A stretch of 64,000 bases of DNA, from the NCBI GenBank assembly GCA_046291875.1, contig JBKBSF010000003.1, forward strand, positions 13,025 to 77,024, read 5' to 3'. Below the pieces are notes generated by a model, which was not told the origin of the DNA, made no database searches, and worked only from the letters and a program-made list of their open reading frames with translations. Positions 50,046 to 60,636 of the stretch are shown in pieces. How positions within the stretch are numbered: the first letter of the stretch is position 1; every line of letters starts with the position of its first letter. The position numbers and the translations under genes are program-made. Source of the DNA: Bacteroidales bacterium. GTDB lineage: Bacteria; Bacteroidota; Bacteroidia; Bacteroidales; UBA7960.

Positions 50046-52892
50046 TTATGTTTTGCTATTCTCCGTGTTTAACGTAAAACAAAACTCTGTTCCCTTGTTG
50101 TTTCCATCCGACTCAACCCATATGCGGCCATTGTGGTTATCCAGGATATGTTTTACCAACGAAAGGCCCAGCCCGGTACCGGGGCTGCTGTTATCCAGCT
50201 TGTTAAACAATCCGAATATTTTTTCGTGAAAAGCTTTGGGAATCCCTATTCCATTGTCGCGCACACAAAAAACGATCTCCTGGCCATGGGTGCGGCAATG
50301 GATATGGATTTTTGGGGTACGCAGGGGAGAAGAAAATTTAAGGGCGTTTTCGATAAGGTTTTGAAATAATTCGCGGCATCGGGCTTTGTCGGCATATACT
50401 TCGGGCATGTTTTCCTGGATCGTAACCTCTCCTTTTTTCTCGCTTATAAGCCCAAAGAGCAACTCCCGGGCTTCAGAGGCAGCCAGGGTCATAGAAAACT
50501 TCTCATAGGGATTAACGATCCGGCCCACACGTGAGAGCTCCAGCAGATCCTCCAGGAGTTGCTGCATTTTGCGGGTGGCATTGCCTATACGGTCTATGCT
50601 GTCCTGCACGTCTTCCTGGCGACCATCCTGAAGATCATCCTGCAAAAGACCCAGAAAACCTTGAATGGTTACCAGCGGACTGCGCAAATCGTGCGATACG
50701 GTATAGGAGAAACGCTCCAGCTCCGAATTGGCCCGACTGAGCTCTTCCAGCTGCTTTTTAATAACACGTTCGGCCTCAACCCGTTGAGTAATATCAAAAT
50801 AAATACCGATGATACCCGGTTGACGGTTTTGATCGTCGTAGAAAACAGCTTTATGAAAAACTGCATCCATGCGGCGGCCATCGGGAAAGACGATATGGGT
50901 TTCGTAAACCTGTCTGGTGCCACTGGCAAATAATTCCTGGTCTTTTTGGTAAAACACCCCGGCCTGGCTTTCCTCAAAAATATCGAATACCGATTTGCCG
51001 ATGATCTGTTCTTTGGTGCGCCCCAGGTAATCGCAGAAGGCCTGGTTGCAACCGGTATAAAGCCCCATGGTATTTTTGTAAAACAAGGGGAACGGAATAT
51101 TATCGATGATCAGCCCAAGGAATTTCGACTGAAAAACAACCCGGTCAATGGCTTCCTTCTCCCGCGAAATATCCATAATAAACCCTTCAATATATTGTAC
51201 TTCGCCCAGTTTATTGCGAATACCTCTGGCTTGTTCCCAAACCCATTTGACCTCATTCTGGCGCGTTACAATCCGGTATTGCACCTCAAACATGCGATCC
51301 TGTTCAATGGCCTGAGTAATACTACTGCGAGCCTTGTCGCGGTCCTCTGGATGTATAAGTTCAAGGTAACTGATCTTCATGTTGTAGATCAGATCGGAAG
51401 GAGTATATCCTGTAAGCTTTTCCACCCCATAGCTGATAAAAAGCATGGTCCAGGCATCATCGAACCTGCAGCGGTATGCCATACCAGGCAGGTTACTTAC
51501 CAGTGTGGCATTGAGCCTTTCGGAGGCCTGCAGATCAACCTGCATCCTGTACTTCTCATCTACATCGTTGAACGAGAAATAGGCCTTCATGGTGTTATCT
51601 TCCGGGAAGCTCACTCCATGGTATTCGGCTCTGAAAACCTTGCCGCTTTTTCGCATCAGATTGACTTCTCCCACAATGGGAGCTCCTTCAAAGAGTGTTT
51701 TTAAATCACTCATCATCAACTCAGTGGAGTCGGTGGCAAGGAATTCTTCCAGGGAGTGTCGGGCATTGCTCTCCAGACCTAAGATTTCCTGTGCTTTGGG
51801 GTTGGCGTTTGTGATGATAAGTTCTTTGTTGAGGATCAGCGCAGCATAGGGGGAATGTTCGAAAATGGCTCTGAAGCGTCGTTCTCCCTCTTTGAGCCCT
51901 TTGAAGGCCCGGATCTGATCGGTCACATCCCGTACAATCACCAATCGTGAAGATCGGCCATTTTGCGAGGGCAGGCTATGGGTGGTAAGCTCTGCATCGA
52001 AAACGGAACCATCCTTTTTCTTATGCATCCATCCGCTGGAGCGGTGAAAACTGGGGAGTTCTTCAGCCAGATGTTCCATAAAAGATGAGATGGCAGTGGC
52101 TGGCATCAGGTCGAGCAAAGCCAGGGAAAGAAATTCTTTTTCTGGATACCCGTAAAGCGCCAAAGCTGCCTTGTTGGCTTCAAGGATGCGAAGGTCGCGA
52201 AGGTCGTAAACCAGCATTGGATGCGGGTTGTTGGCAAACAAATAGCCATACCGGCGCGAGTTCTCCTTATAACGTTCTTCCAGCTCTTTCTTTTCCTGCA
52301 CATCGTACAGCACACCGATCAACCCAAGGAAGGCTCCGCCAACATCATAGTGAGGGATGCAGGAGTTGAGCACCCAATGGTAGGTTTTGTTCTTGCTCAG
52401 GATACGGTATTCAAGGGTAAAGGCCTGCTGGCTGATGAGCCCTCTGGAGAATTTCTCAATACAATGGGCTTTGTCATCTTCGTGCACAATATCAATAAAA
52501 GGCAAGGGCTTTTCTTCACTCAGAACATAACCTGTGAACTCATGCCACTTGCGGTTGCTAAAAACACAATTGCCATAAATATCGGTTTGCCAGAGGGGCT
52601 GTACATGGCGGTTAAGAAAATCTTTCTGCAGTTGCTCTTTCTCCGAAATACTATATCTGGCTTTGCGAAGATCGTACACCACCCTTGAAACAATATAGTA
52701 AATGAGCACCCCGCTGCCTAAAACAAAGAACCACCCTTTGTAGGTCTGAACCCTTGTAAGGCTTACCGGATCGCTCACAAGCATTGCAACCAGATTGTCG
52801 GAAAATAAAATCCACAGCACTCCGAAGATTACATAAGATGTGGCCACCCAGCGCGCCGGGTTCCTTTTTTTGAGTATGGTGTTTTTCCACAT
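50046..52892 (-). CDS. Multi-PAS membrane sensor histidine kinase
   Basis: Two N-terminal TM helices, about five PAS domains, SHDLRSPL, NALKF, DNGIG, GLGL. Confidence 0.93.
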   Translation of the reverse strand: MWKNTILKKRNPARWVATSYVIFGVLWILFSDNLVAMLVSDPVSLTRVQTYKGWFFVLGSGVLIYYIVSRVVYDLRKARYSISEKEQLQKDFLNRHVQPLWQTDIYGNCVFSNRKWHEFTGYVLSEEKPLPFIDIVHEDDKAHCIEKFSRGLISQQAFTLEYRILSKNKTYHWVLNSCIPHYDVGGAFLGLIGVLYDVQEKKELEERYKENSRRYGYLFANNPHPMLVYDLRDLRILEANKAALALYGYPEKEFLSLALLDLMPATAISSFMEHLAEELPSFHRSSGWMHKKKDGSVFDAELTTHSLPSQNGRSSRLVIVRDVTDQIRAFKGLKEGERRFRAIFEHSPYAALILNKELIITNANPKAQEILGLESNARHSLEEFLATDSTELMMSDLKTLFEGAPIVGEVNLMRKSGKVFRAEYHGVSFPEDNTMKAYFSFNDVDEKYRMQVDLQASERLNATLVSNLPGMAYRCRFDDAWTMLFISYGVEKLTGYTPSDLIYNMKISYLELIHPEDRDKARSSITQAIEQDRMFEVQYRIVTRQNEVKWVWEQARGIRNKLGEVQYIEGFIMDISREKEAIDRVVFQSKFLGLIIDNIPFPLFYKNTMGLYTGCNQAFCDYLGRTKEQIIGKSVFDIFEESQAGVFYQKDQELFASGTRQVYETHIVFPDGRRMDAVFHKAVFYDDQNRQPGIIGIYFDITQRVEAERVIKKQLEELSRANSELERFSYTVSHDLRSPLVTIQGFLGLLQDDLQDGRQEDVQDSIDRIGNATRKMQQLLEDLLELSRVGRIVNPYEKFSMTLAASEARELLFGLISEKKGEVTIQENMPEVYADKARCRELFQNLIENALKFSSPLRTPKIHIHCRTHGQEIVFCVRDNGIGIPKAFHEKIFGLFNKLDNSSPGTGLGLSLVKHILDNHNGRIWVESDGNNKGTEFCFTLNTENSKT

Positions 52893-53170
52893 AATTCCCC
52901 CTCCAATTAACAAGGCCCTTATGGATTTAACCCCAGGGAGCCCCGGTGCTGCAAAAACACGGATTCTAAGCCGGACCTAAATTCTGCTGAGTCTGCAAAT
53001 ACAGTTTTTTAAACTCATGGCTGCGCCATTTGCCAAAAATTATGTAGGTTTGCCTGAATTGCTTTCGTAAACATAGCACTTTTTTTTAAACAATTGCTGC
53101 AGAAAATGCATTCTCATGGCATAAAACATCCTTAAATCATCATCAAATACAAACTCTAAAAATAATTAAC

Positions 53171-54541
53171 ATGCAAGATTTAAAGCAATACATTGAGAAT
53201 AACAAGGACCGCTTTGTTGAAGAACTTTTTGGGCTGATCCGCATTCCTTCGGTAAGCTCAAAGGATTCGCACAAAGATGACATGTACAAAGCGGCGCAAT
53301 GGATTAAAGAGAAACTCCTGGCCGATGGTGCCGACCATGCCGAAGTAATGGATACCGATGGCCACCCGGTGGTGTATGGAGAGAAGATCATCAACAAAGC
53401 CCTTCCTACAGTATTGGTTTACGGGCATTATGATGTGCAGCCTGCAGAGCCTTTTGATTTGTGGAAGAGCCCTCCTTTTGAACCCGAAATCCGCGATGGA
53501 AAGATTTATGCAAGGGGTGCCAACGACGACAAAGGGCAGATGTACATGCATTTTAAAGCTTTTGAATACCTGCTCAAAACCAACCAGCTGCCCTGCAACG
53601 TAAAATTCATGATTGAAGGTGAGGAAGAAATTGGTTCTCCCAGCCTCGGAAAATTCTGCGAGCAAAACAAGGAAAAACTCAGTGCCGATGTTATTCTGGT
53701 ATCAGATACTTCTATGCTTGGCCCCGATATTCCTTCCATCACTACCGGATTGCGCGGATTGGCCTATATGGAGGTGGAAGTTACAGGCCCCAGCCACGAC
53801 CTGCACTCAGGATTGTATGGCGGTGCCGTTGATAACCCTTTGAATGTTCTTTGCCAGATGATTGCATCGCTGCGCGATGAGAAAGGCCGCATCACCATTC
53901 CTGGTTTTTACGATGATGTGGAAGAACTCAGCAAGGAGGAACGTGAAGAAATGGCAAGAGCCCCCTTCGATCTGGAAGAGTTTAAAAGGCATATCGACAT
54001 ATCCGATATTAATGGCGAAGAAGGCTACTCCACCATGGAGCGCACGGGCATCAGACCCAGCCTGGATGTAAATGGCATCTGGGGTGGCTATACCGAAAAG
54101 GGCGCCAAAACCATTCTCCCATCAAAGGCATCGGCCAAGATCAGCATGAGATTGGTACCCCACCAGGAGTCTGGAAAAATTGAACAGCTTTTCAAGAAGC
54201 ATTTTGAGGCCATCGCACCCAAAAGTGTAAAGGTGAAAGTAGAGTTTCTGCATGGTGGCGAAGGGTATGTATCTCCTACCAACACCATTGCTTATCAGGC
54301 AGCCAGCAAGGCCTACGAAACCACCTATGGAATCAAACCTATCCCTGTTCGCAGTGGTGGTAGCATCCCTATCATCTCGCTTTTCGAAAAGGTGTTGGGA
54401 ACCAAGTCGATCCTGATGGGCTTTGGTTTGGATTCTGATGCCATCCACTCTCCCAACGAGAATTATGCACTGCAGCAGTTCTATAAAGGAATTGAAACCA
54501 TTCCCTATTTCTACAAGTATTTTGCAGAAATGAGCAAATAA
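53171..54541 (+). CDS. M20-family dipeptidase
   Basis: YGHYDVQP, RGANDDKG, EGEEE and HSPNE motifs. Confidence 0.92.
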   Translation: MQDLKQYIENNKDRFVEELFGLIRIPSVSSKDSHKDDMYKAAQWIKEKLLADGADHAEVMDTDGHPVVYGEKIINKALPTVLVYGHYDVQPAEPFDLWKSPPFEPEIRDGKIYARGANDDKGQMYMHFKAFEYLLKTNQLPCNVKFMIEGEEEIGSPSLGKFCEQNKEKLSADVILVSDTSMLGPDIPSITTGLRGLAYMEVEVTGPSHDLHSGLYGGAVDNPLNVLCQMIASLRDEKGRITIPGFYDDVEELSKEEREEMARAPFDLEEFKRHIDISDINGEEGYSTMERTGIRPSLDVNGIWGGYTEKGAKTILPSKASAKISMRLVPHQESGKIEQLFKKHFEAIAPKSVKVKVEFLHGGEGYVSPTNTIAYQAASKAYETTYGIKPIPVRSGGSIPIISLFEKVLGTKSILMGFGLDSDAIHSPNENYALQQFYKGIETIPYFYKYFAEMSK

Positions 54542-54572
54542 GACCCTTATAGCCTGCAGCTTAAACTAAGGC

Positions 54573-54663
54573 AGCCGGAAAAGCAACCCAGGAGAGTATA
54601 CGCCAGACCGTTTCGGAACCCGGAAGGATGGCAACCTCTCAGGAGTTGTTTTTCCGGCTTTTT
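54573..54663 (+). terminator. Long imperfect hairpin with a T-tail after the peptidase gene (terminator or structured element)
   Basis: AGCCGGAAAAGCAAC...GTTGTTTTTCCGGCT 15-bp outer stem plus inner stems. Confidence 0.55.
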
Positions 54664-54856
54664 ATCGTTTCTGGCGGGGCAGGATGTTAAATATTAAACA
54701 AAACATAAAGCTATATCGTAACTTTTTGTGCTTTTTACCCCTATGTTTTTTTATTTTTTCCTAAATTCGCAGGCCAACGCCTTAAACGTGCGTTTACGGC
54801 CGACAAGCTTTGAGTTGCACTCAAAGTAAAACCGAAAACGGATTAAACAATCGATC

Positions 54857-56632
54857 ATGGAAATTACAAGGATATTTGACCTGCTCGACAGGTATGCGCA
54901 GCTTTGTCCCGACAAGACCGATGCTCTGGCAGGCAAAGATGAGGGCGAGTGGAAGACCTTTTCTACCCGCGAATTTGTTGAAATCAGCCACAACATCAGC
55001 TACGGGCTCCTGCAACTGGGCGTTGGCAAAGGCGATAAAATTGCATCCATCACCTTCAACCGGCCTGAGTGGACCATGCTCGATATGGGTATTCAGCAAA
55101 CCGGTGCAGTGCATATCCCCATCTACCCTACCATCAGCGACAAGGACTACGAGTACATTCTGGAGCATGCAGAGGTAAAATATATCTTTGTGGCCGGCGA
55201 AGAGATGTACCGCCGCATAAAGGATATCGTACCCCGGCTCCCCAGCCTGAAAGCCATATATACTTTCAAAAACCTCTTTGGCATACAGCACCTCAATGAG
55301 CTTATTCAACTGGGTAAAGACAATCCGCAACCCGAAAAGTTGCAACAGATCAAAGATTCCATTCGCCCTGAGGATATGCTCACCATCATCTACACCAGCG
55401 GAACTACGGGCGTACCCAAAGGAGTGATGCTTTCTCATGCCAATATCGTAAGCAATGTGCTGGCCACTTCATACATACCTCCCTTCGGGCCCGAGCATCG
55501 AGCCATGAGCTTTCTTCCGCTCTGCCACATCTACGAAAGGATGATGAACTACATGTTTATATACAGGGGTTTGTCAATGTACTATGTATCCAATATGGGA
55601 GTAATTGCCGAGTCGCTCAAAGAGGTAAACCCGCAGGTGTTTACCACCGTACCCAGGTTGCTTGAAAAGGTTTATGACAAGATCATTGCCAAAGGACGCA
55701 GCCTTAAAGGGATTAAGAAAATGATCTTTTTCTGGGCCAACAACGTAGGGCTCAACTACGAGTACAAAAAAGAAGAGCGCAACCCCATCTATGCGCTGAA
55801 ACTTAAGATTGCCCGCAAACTGGTTTTCAGCAAATGGAAAGAAGCTCTGGGCAAAAACCTTGACATTGTAGTATCGGGAGGAGCAGCGCTTCAACCCCGC
55901 CTCAACAGGGTGTTCTGGGCAGTGGGTGTAAGGATCATAGAGGGCTATGGCCTTACAGAAACATCGCCCGTTATTGCTGTTAGCGACTTCAATCACAACG
56001 GCATAAAGTTCGGAACGGTGGGGCCAGTGCTAAAGGGTGTACAGGTAAAAATTGCAGAAGATGGCGAAATACTGGTGAAAGGACCCAACGTAATGCTGGG
56101 CTATTACAAAGACGAGGAGCTCACCCGCGAAACCATAGATGCCGAGGGCTGGCTGCACACCGGAGATATTGGACGAATTGAACCCGAAGGCCAGTTGCGC
56201 ATTACCGACCGCAAGAAACTTATCTTCAAAACATCTTTTGGAAAGTATATTGCACCCCAGGTATTGGAAAACAAATTCAAAGAATCTCCCTTCATTGATC
56301 AGATCCTCATCCTGGGAGAAAACCAGAAATTTGCCGCTGCCCTTATTGTTCCTGACTTCAATCACCTGAAAAACTGGTGCAAAGCAAAAGGCATCCCCTA
56401 CACAACAAATGCCGAAATGATTGCTCTGCCCAGGGTCAGAAAGCGCTACCAGAAAGAGGTGAACCAATACAACAAAGACTTTGGCGACTGGGAACGCATC
56501 ATGAAATTCGAGCTTCTGGATCACGAATGGAGTGTAGAAACCGGTCAGCTCAGCGCAACCCTCAAATTGCGCAGATCGCATTTGCTGCAGGAATACGCCA
56601 CGTATACAGAAAAAATCTACGGCAACAGCTAA
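54857..56632 (+). CDS. Long-chain fatty acid-CoA ligase
   Basis: YTSGTTGVPKG, EGYGLTE, GWLHTGD and ITDRKK motifs. Confidence 0.93.
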   Translation: MEITRIFDLLDRYAQLCPDKTDALAGKDEGEWKTFSTREFVEISHNISYGLLQLGVGKGDKIASITFNRPEWTMLDMGIQQTGAVHIPIYPTISDKDYEYILEHAEVKYIFVAGEEMYRRIKDIVPRLPSLKAIYTFKNLFGIQHLNELIQLGKDNPQPEKLQQIKDSIRPEDMLTIIYTSGTTGVPKGVMLSHANIVSNVLATSYIPPFGPEHRAMSFLPLCHIYERMMNYMFIYRGLSMYYVSNMGVIAESLKEVNPQVFTTVPRLLEKVYDKIIAKGRSLKGIKKMIFFWANNVGLNYEYKKEERNPIYALKLKIARKLVFSKWKEALGKNLDIVVSGGAALQPRLNRVFWAVGVRIIEGYGLTETSPVIAVSDFNHNGIKFGTVGPVLKGVQVKIAEDGEILVKGPNVMLGYYKDEELTRETIDAEGWLHTGDIGRIEPEGQLRITDRKKLIFKTSFGKYIAPQVLENKFKESPFIDQILILGENQKFAAALIVPDFNHLKNWCKAKGIPYTTNAEMIALPRVRKRYQKEVNQYNKDFGDWERIMKFELLDHEWSVETGQLSATLKLRRSHLLQEYATYTEKIYGNS

Positions 56633-56779
56633 CAGGTGCACCTCTGAAAAAACAACCTCAACCGCCTGCTTTGGGAGTAGTGAAGTTTTGCTCCAGATAC
56701 AGGCGGTTGTTGCATTCATGTTGCATCAAAATCACTACCTTTGCCCCATCTCAAAAAACACATTCAACATCCGCTTCTT

Positions 56780-58174
56780 ATGACCAAGATAACCTCCATT
56801 TGCTGCATCGGCGCAGGCTACGTAGGTGGCCCCACTATGGCTGTAATAGCCCAGAAGTGCCCTCACATTAAGGTAACCGTGGTAGATATCAATCCCGACC
56901 GCATTGCCGCATGGCAAACCGATGATCTGCCTATTTACGAACCTGGTTTGCTGGAGGTGGTAAAGGAAGCCCGTGGGCGCAACCTGTTTTTCAGCACCGA
57001 TATCGACGCCGCCATCCGTGAGGCACAGATGGTGTTTATGAGCGTAAACACCCCCACCAAAACCTATGGCGTAGGCAAAGGCAGGGCTGCTGATCTGAAG
57101 TTTATCGAACTCAGTGCCCGCAAGATTGCAGAAGTAAGCACCACCAATAAGATTGTGGTGGAGAAATCTACCTTGCCTGTACGCACCGCCCAGTCTATCA
57201 AAGCTATTTTGAGCGAACAAACCAATGGGGTGAAATTCCAGGTACTCTCCAACCCTGAGTTCCTGGCGGAAGGCACTGCAGTGCAGGACCTGCATCATCC
57301 TGACAGGGTGCTCATTGGTGGCGATCAAACCCCTGAGGGTCTGGCAGCCATTGAGGCACTTACGCAAGTGTATGCCCATTGGGTGCCGCGCGAAAGAATC
57401 ATTCAAACCCGATTGTGGTCATCTGAATTGAGTAAACTTACAGCCAATGCTTTTCTTGCCCAGCGCATTTCTTCCATCAACAGCATCTCTGCTCTTTGCG
57501 AGGTAACCGGTGCTGATGTGGATGAGGTTGCCTATGCCATTGGTACCGACAGCCGCATTGGATCCAAGTTCCTGAAAGCCTCGGTAGGGTTCGGAGGGTC
57601 ATGTTTCCAGAAGGATATCCTCAACCTGGTATACCTGTGCGAGTATTTTGGCTTACCTGAAGTAGCTGCCTACTGGGAGCAGGTAATCCTGATGAACGAT
57701 TACCAGAAAAAGCGCTTTGCACGCAATATCATCAGCACCCTTTTCAATACCGTATCAGGGAAAAAGATTGCACTACTGGGATGGGCATTTAAGAAAGACA
57801 CCAACGACACCCGTGAGTCTGCCGCCATTTATGTGGCCGATGATCTGCTCAGCGACCTGGCTGAGGTGAGTGTTTACGATCCAAGGGTACCTGCCAAAAG
57901 CATGTATGCCGACCTGAACTACCTGCAAACCCGCCCGGCACAAGAAAACACCCAGATGCTCAAGGTGCATGCCAATGCCTACGATGCATGCCAGGGAGCA
58001 CACGCCATTGCCATCATTACCGAGTGGGATGAGTTTAAAGACCTGGATTGGGAAAAGATTTTCAACAACATGCAAAAGCCCGCCTTCCTTTTCGATGGAA
58101 GAAACCTGCTAAACCATGCACAACTCAGGAGGATCGGCTTTAAGGTGAAGGCCATTGGCAAAGGAGAAGAATAG
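56780..58174 (+). CDS. ugd: UDP-glucose 6-dehydrogenase
   Basis: [28 protein letters not shown] and [11 protein letters not shown] motifs. Confidence 0.93.
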   Translation: MTKITSICCIGAGYVGGPTMAVIAQKCPHIKVTVVDINPDRIAAWQTDDLPIYEPGLLEVVKEARGRNLFFSTDIDAAIREAQMVFMSVNTPTKTYGVGKGRAADLKFIELSARKIAEVSTTNKIVVEKSTLPVRTAQSIKAILSEQTNGVKFQVLSNPEFLAEGTAVQDLHHPDRVLIGGDQTPEGLAAIEALTQVYAHWVPRERIIQTRLWSSELSKLTANAFLAQRISSINSISALCEVTGADVDEVAYAIGTDSRIGSKFLKASVGFGGSCFQKDILNLVYLCEYFGLPEVAAYWEQVILMNDYQKKRFARNIISTLFNTVSGKKIALLGWAFKKDTNDTRESAAIYVADDLLSDLAEVSVYDPRVPAKSMYADLNYLQTRPAQENTQMLKVHANAYDACQGAHAIAIITEWDEFKDLDWEKIFNNMQKPAFLFDGRNLLNHAQLRRIGFKVKAIGKGEE

Positions 58175-58176
58175 GT

Positions 58177-58548
58177 CTATTCTTCCCAGCCAAACCATTC
58201 ATCCATATCACGCCGTTCTTTTTTGGTAGGTCTGCCCTTTCGCTGCGCGAAAGGGTTTTCTTTTAGCATCTCGAGTTTGAGATATTCTTCGGATGGGGTG
58301 AGATCGAGCATATAATCGGGAACCAGCTTGGCTCCCACCCTGCTTTTGGGCAATCCGATCACCTTTACGGTTTTGGTAAACGGACCCATATGCAGCGATA
58401 TTTCATGCCCGGGACGAATTTCGCGCGATGGCTTTACGGCATCACCCTCAATCCTGATCCGACCTGTACGGCAGGCATCAGTGGCTATGGTGCGGGTTTT
58501 GAACAAACGCACCGACCATAACCATTTATCAATCCGGAGTGCTTCCAT
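58177..58548 (-). CDS. hslR: S4-domain RNA-binding protein (Hsp15)
   Basis: RIDKWLWSVRLFKTR and GRPTKKERR motifs. Confidence 0.92.
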   Translation of the reverse strand: MEALRIDKWLWSVRLFKTRTIATDACRTGRIRIEGDAVKPSREIRPGHEISLHMGPFTKTVKVIGLPKSRVGAKLVPDYMLDLTPSEEYLKLEMLKENPFAQRKGRPTKKERRDMDEWFGWEE

Positions 58549-58549
58549 T

Positions 58550-58870
58550 TCAATTGCAACCGCACGATCCGCCCTCTTCGGATTTTTGCCAAAGCACTCT
58601 GAAGCCAGGATTATCCAGATGATCATAAAAATCGATGGTAGCCTTCTGGGCAATGGCCTCGGCCTGCTCATCCATCAAAACTGTCAGACCGTTGAAGTCC
58701 TGTCCTTTGAGATCGGTTTTGGAAAGATCGGCAATCTCAATACCCAGCTGGTGGGAGGAGCAGCAACCCTGCGATTGGGCAAAAACACGTATAGCGGCCT
58801 TTTCTGGCATATCGGGTCCGGAAAGGATCTGCTTGAGTTCGGCTATGGCTTTGTCTGTGATTGTAAACAT
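58550..58870 (-). CDS. HesB/IscA-family A-type Fe-S carrier-like protein
   Basis: ITDKA, IRVF..GCC, IDF, C-terminal SCGC. Confidence 0.8.
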   Translation of the reverse strand: MFTITDKAIAELKQILSGPDMPEKAAIRVFAQSQGCCSSHQLGIEIADLSKTDLKGQDFNGLTVLMDEQAEAIAQKATIDFYDHLDNPGFRVLWQKSEEGGSCGCN

Positions 58871-59105
58871 GCTGATGTATCTTTGAAAATTTAGGCAAAG
58901 GTAGAATATAACAAGTACTTACGGAAACCCTGGCCCGTTAATTTTGTTCAAAAATCATTGGGTTGCACACCTCTCCAGACCATGGTTTTGGGTTCAACAA
59001 TCAACACCTCCCAGGGGTATTCTCCAACGTAAAGAAAAGCACACAGCATTTGGTGCAAATTTTCGTATCTTTGCACCCCCTTTTAGTAAACTGAGAAACA
59101 GTATC

Positions 59106-60410
59106 ATGGCAAACATCGTTGCATTGGTGGGCCGCCCCAACGTAGGCAAATCCACACTTTTTAACCGTCTTACCCAAACCCGAATGGCCATTGTTGACCC
59201 CACCTCCGGGGTAACCCGCGACCGCCATTACGGCAAAACCGACTGGAACGGGCTGGAATTTTCCATCATCGATACGGGCGGTTATGTGGTAAACGACGAA
59301 GATGCTTTTGGTTCGGAGATCCGCAAACAGGTGCAGATTGCCATTGAAGAAGCCTCGGTGATCCTTTTCCTGGTTGATGTGGTGGAAGGTATTACACCCA
59401 TGGACGAGGATGTGGCCGATCTGTTGCGCAGATCAGGGAAAAAAGTGATGGTGGTAGCCAACAAAGCCGATAATACCGCACGCATTGCCGGTGCATCTGA
59501 GTTTTACAGCCTGGGACTGGGAGAAGTTTACAGTGTTTCCTCTATCAATGGCAGCGGCACCGGCGATTTGCTCGACGATGTGGTAAAAGCCCTGGAAGAC
59601 ATCCCGTATGAGGAGGTGGAAGATCTGCCCAAACTCACCGTGATTGGCAGACCCAACGTGGGTAAATCTTCGCTGATCAATGCACTTACCGGCGAAGAAC
59701 GCAACATCGTTACACCCGTGGCGGGCACCACCCGCGACAGTATATACACCCGCTACAAAAGCTTTGGTTTCGACTTCCTGATGGTCGACACTGCCGGTTT
59801 ACGCAAAAAGGGCAAGGTGCAGGAAAACATTGAGTTCTATTCCGTTATGCGCTCCATCAGAGCCATCGAAAACTCCGATGTTTGCCTGCTGCTCATTGAT
59901 GCCGTAGAGGGCCTGGAAGGACAGGATGTAAACATCTTCAGCCTGGCAGCCCGCAACAACAAAGGGGTGGTGATACTGGTAAACAAATGGGACCTGATCG
60001 AAAAAGATCACAAAACCGTTCTGGAGTTTGAAGAGAAGATCCGCCGCAAGATTGCTCCCTTTACCGATGTGCCCATCCTGTTCACCTCAGTGGTGAAAAA
60101 GCAGCGTATCCTGAAAGCGCTGGAAGTGGCTCTTAAGGTGTATGAGAACCGTACGCAGAAAATCACCACCAGCAAGCTCAACGATGTATTGCTGCCCATC
60201 ATTGAAAACAACCCCCCTCCGGCGGTTAAGGATAAGTACATCCGGATAAAGTACATCACCCAGTTGCCCACCCATTATCCGTCCTTTGCTTTTTTCTGCA
60301 ACCTGCCCCAGTACATTCGCGAGCCCTATGCCCGATTCCTGGAGAACCAGATCCGCAAAAACTGGGACTTCAGCGGAGTACCCATCAGGATTTTCTTCCG
60401 GAAAAAGTAA
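59106..60410 (+). CDS. der: Ribosome biogenesis GTPase Der
   Basis: Two GRPNVGKS G-domains (GVTRD, GTTRD) and a C-terminal KH-like domain. Confidence 0.97.
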   Translation: MANIVALVGRPNVGKSTLFNRLTQTRMAIVDPTSGVTRDRHYGKTDWNGLEFSIIDTGGYVVNDEDAFGSEIRKQVQIAIEEASVILFLVDVVEGITPMDEDVADLLRRSGKKVMVVANKADNTARIAGASEFYSLGLGEVYSVSSINGSGTGDLLDDVVKALEDIPYEEVEDLPKLTVIGRPNVGKSSLINALTGEERNIVTPVAGTTRDSIYTRYKSFGFDFLMVDTAGLRKKGKVQENIEFYSVMRSIRAIENSDVCLLLIDAVEGLEGQDVNIFSLAARNNKGVVILVNKWDLIEKDHKTVLEFEEKIRRKIAPFTDVPILFTSVVKKQRILKALEVALKVYENRTQKITTSKLNDVLLPIIENNPPPAVKDKYIRIKYITQLPTHYPSFAFFCNLPQYIREPYARFLENQIRKNWDFSGVPIRIFFRKK

Positions 60411-60636
60411 CTCCCAACAACAACTCGCTGTTTATAAGGCCTTTGGGGCACACAATGCAAGTAATCTCTCCAGGGCATTGTTGCTGACCTTTGCACTTCG
60501 ATTCGATAATTGAAATGCAGATAATTAAAAAATTCCATTACTTTTATGCCGCTTTTACAGCAGGGCTCTGAATGCTACTGCCTTTGAAGCAAAAGGATTA
60601 TAAAAGGAAACTAAGGATTTTTTAAACTATCAAGGT

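Noticed and set aside
51440-51490. LOV photoreceptor motif (YRCRF) in the sensor kinase
   Set aside because: It is not GxNCRFLQ; it lies at the start of an ordinary PAS domain.
54573-54659. SRP (4.5S) RNA, suggested by CCGGAAGG
   Set aside because: The flanking CAGG and AGCA of the conserved SRP loop are missing, and GGAA pairs in a stem in the best fold I can see.
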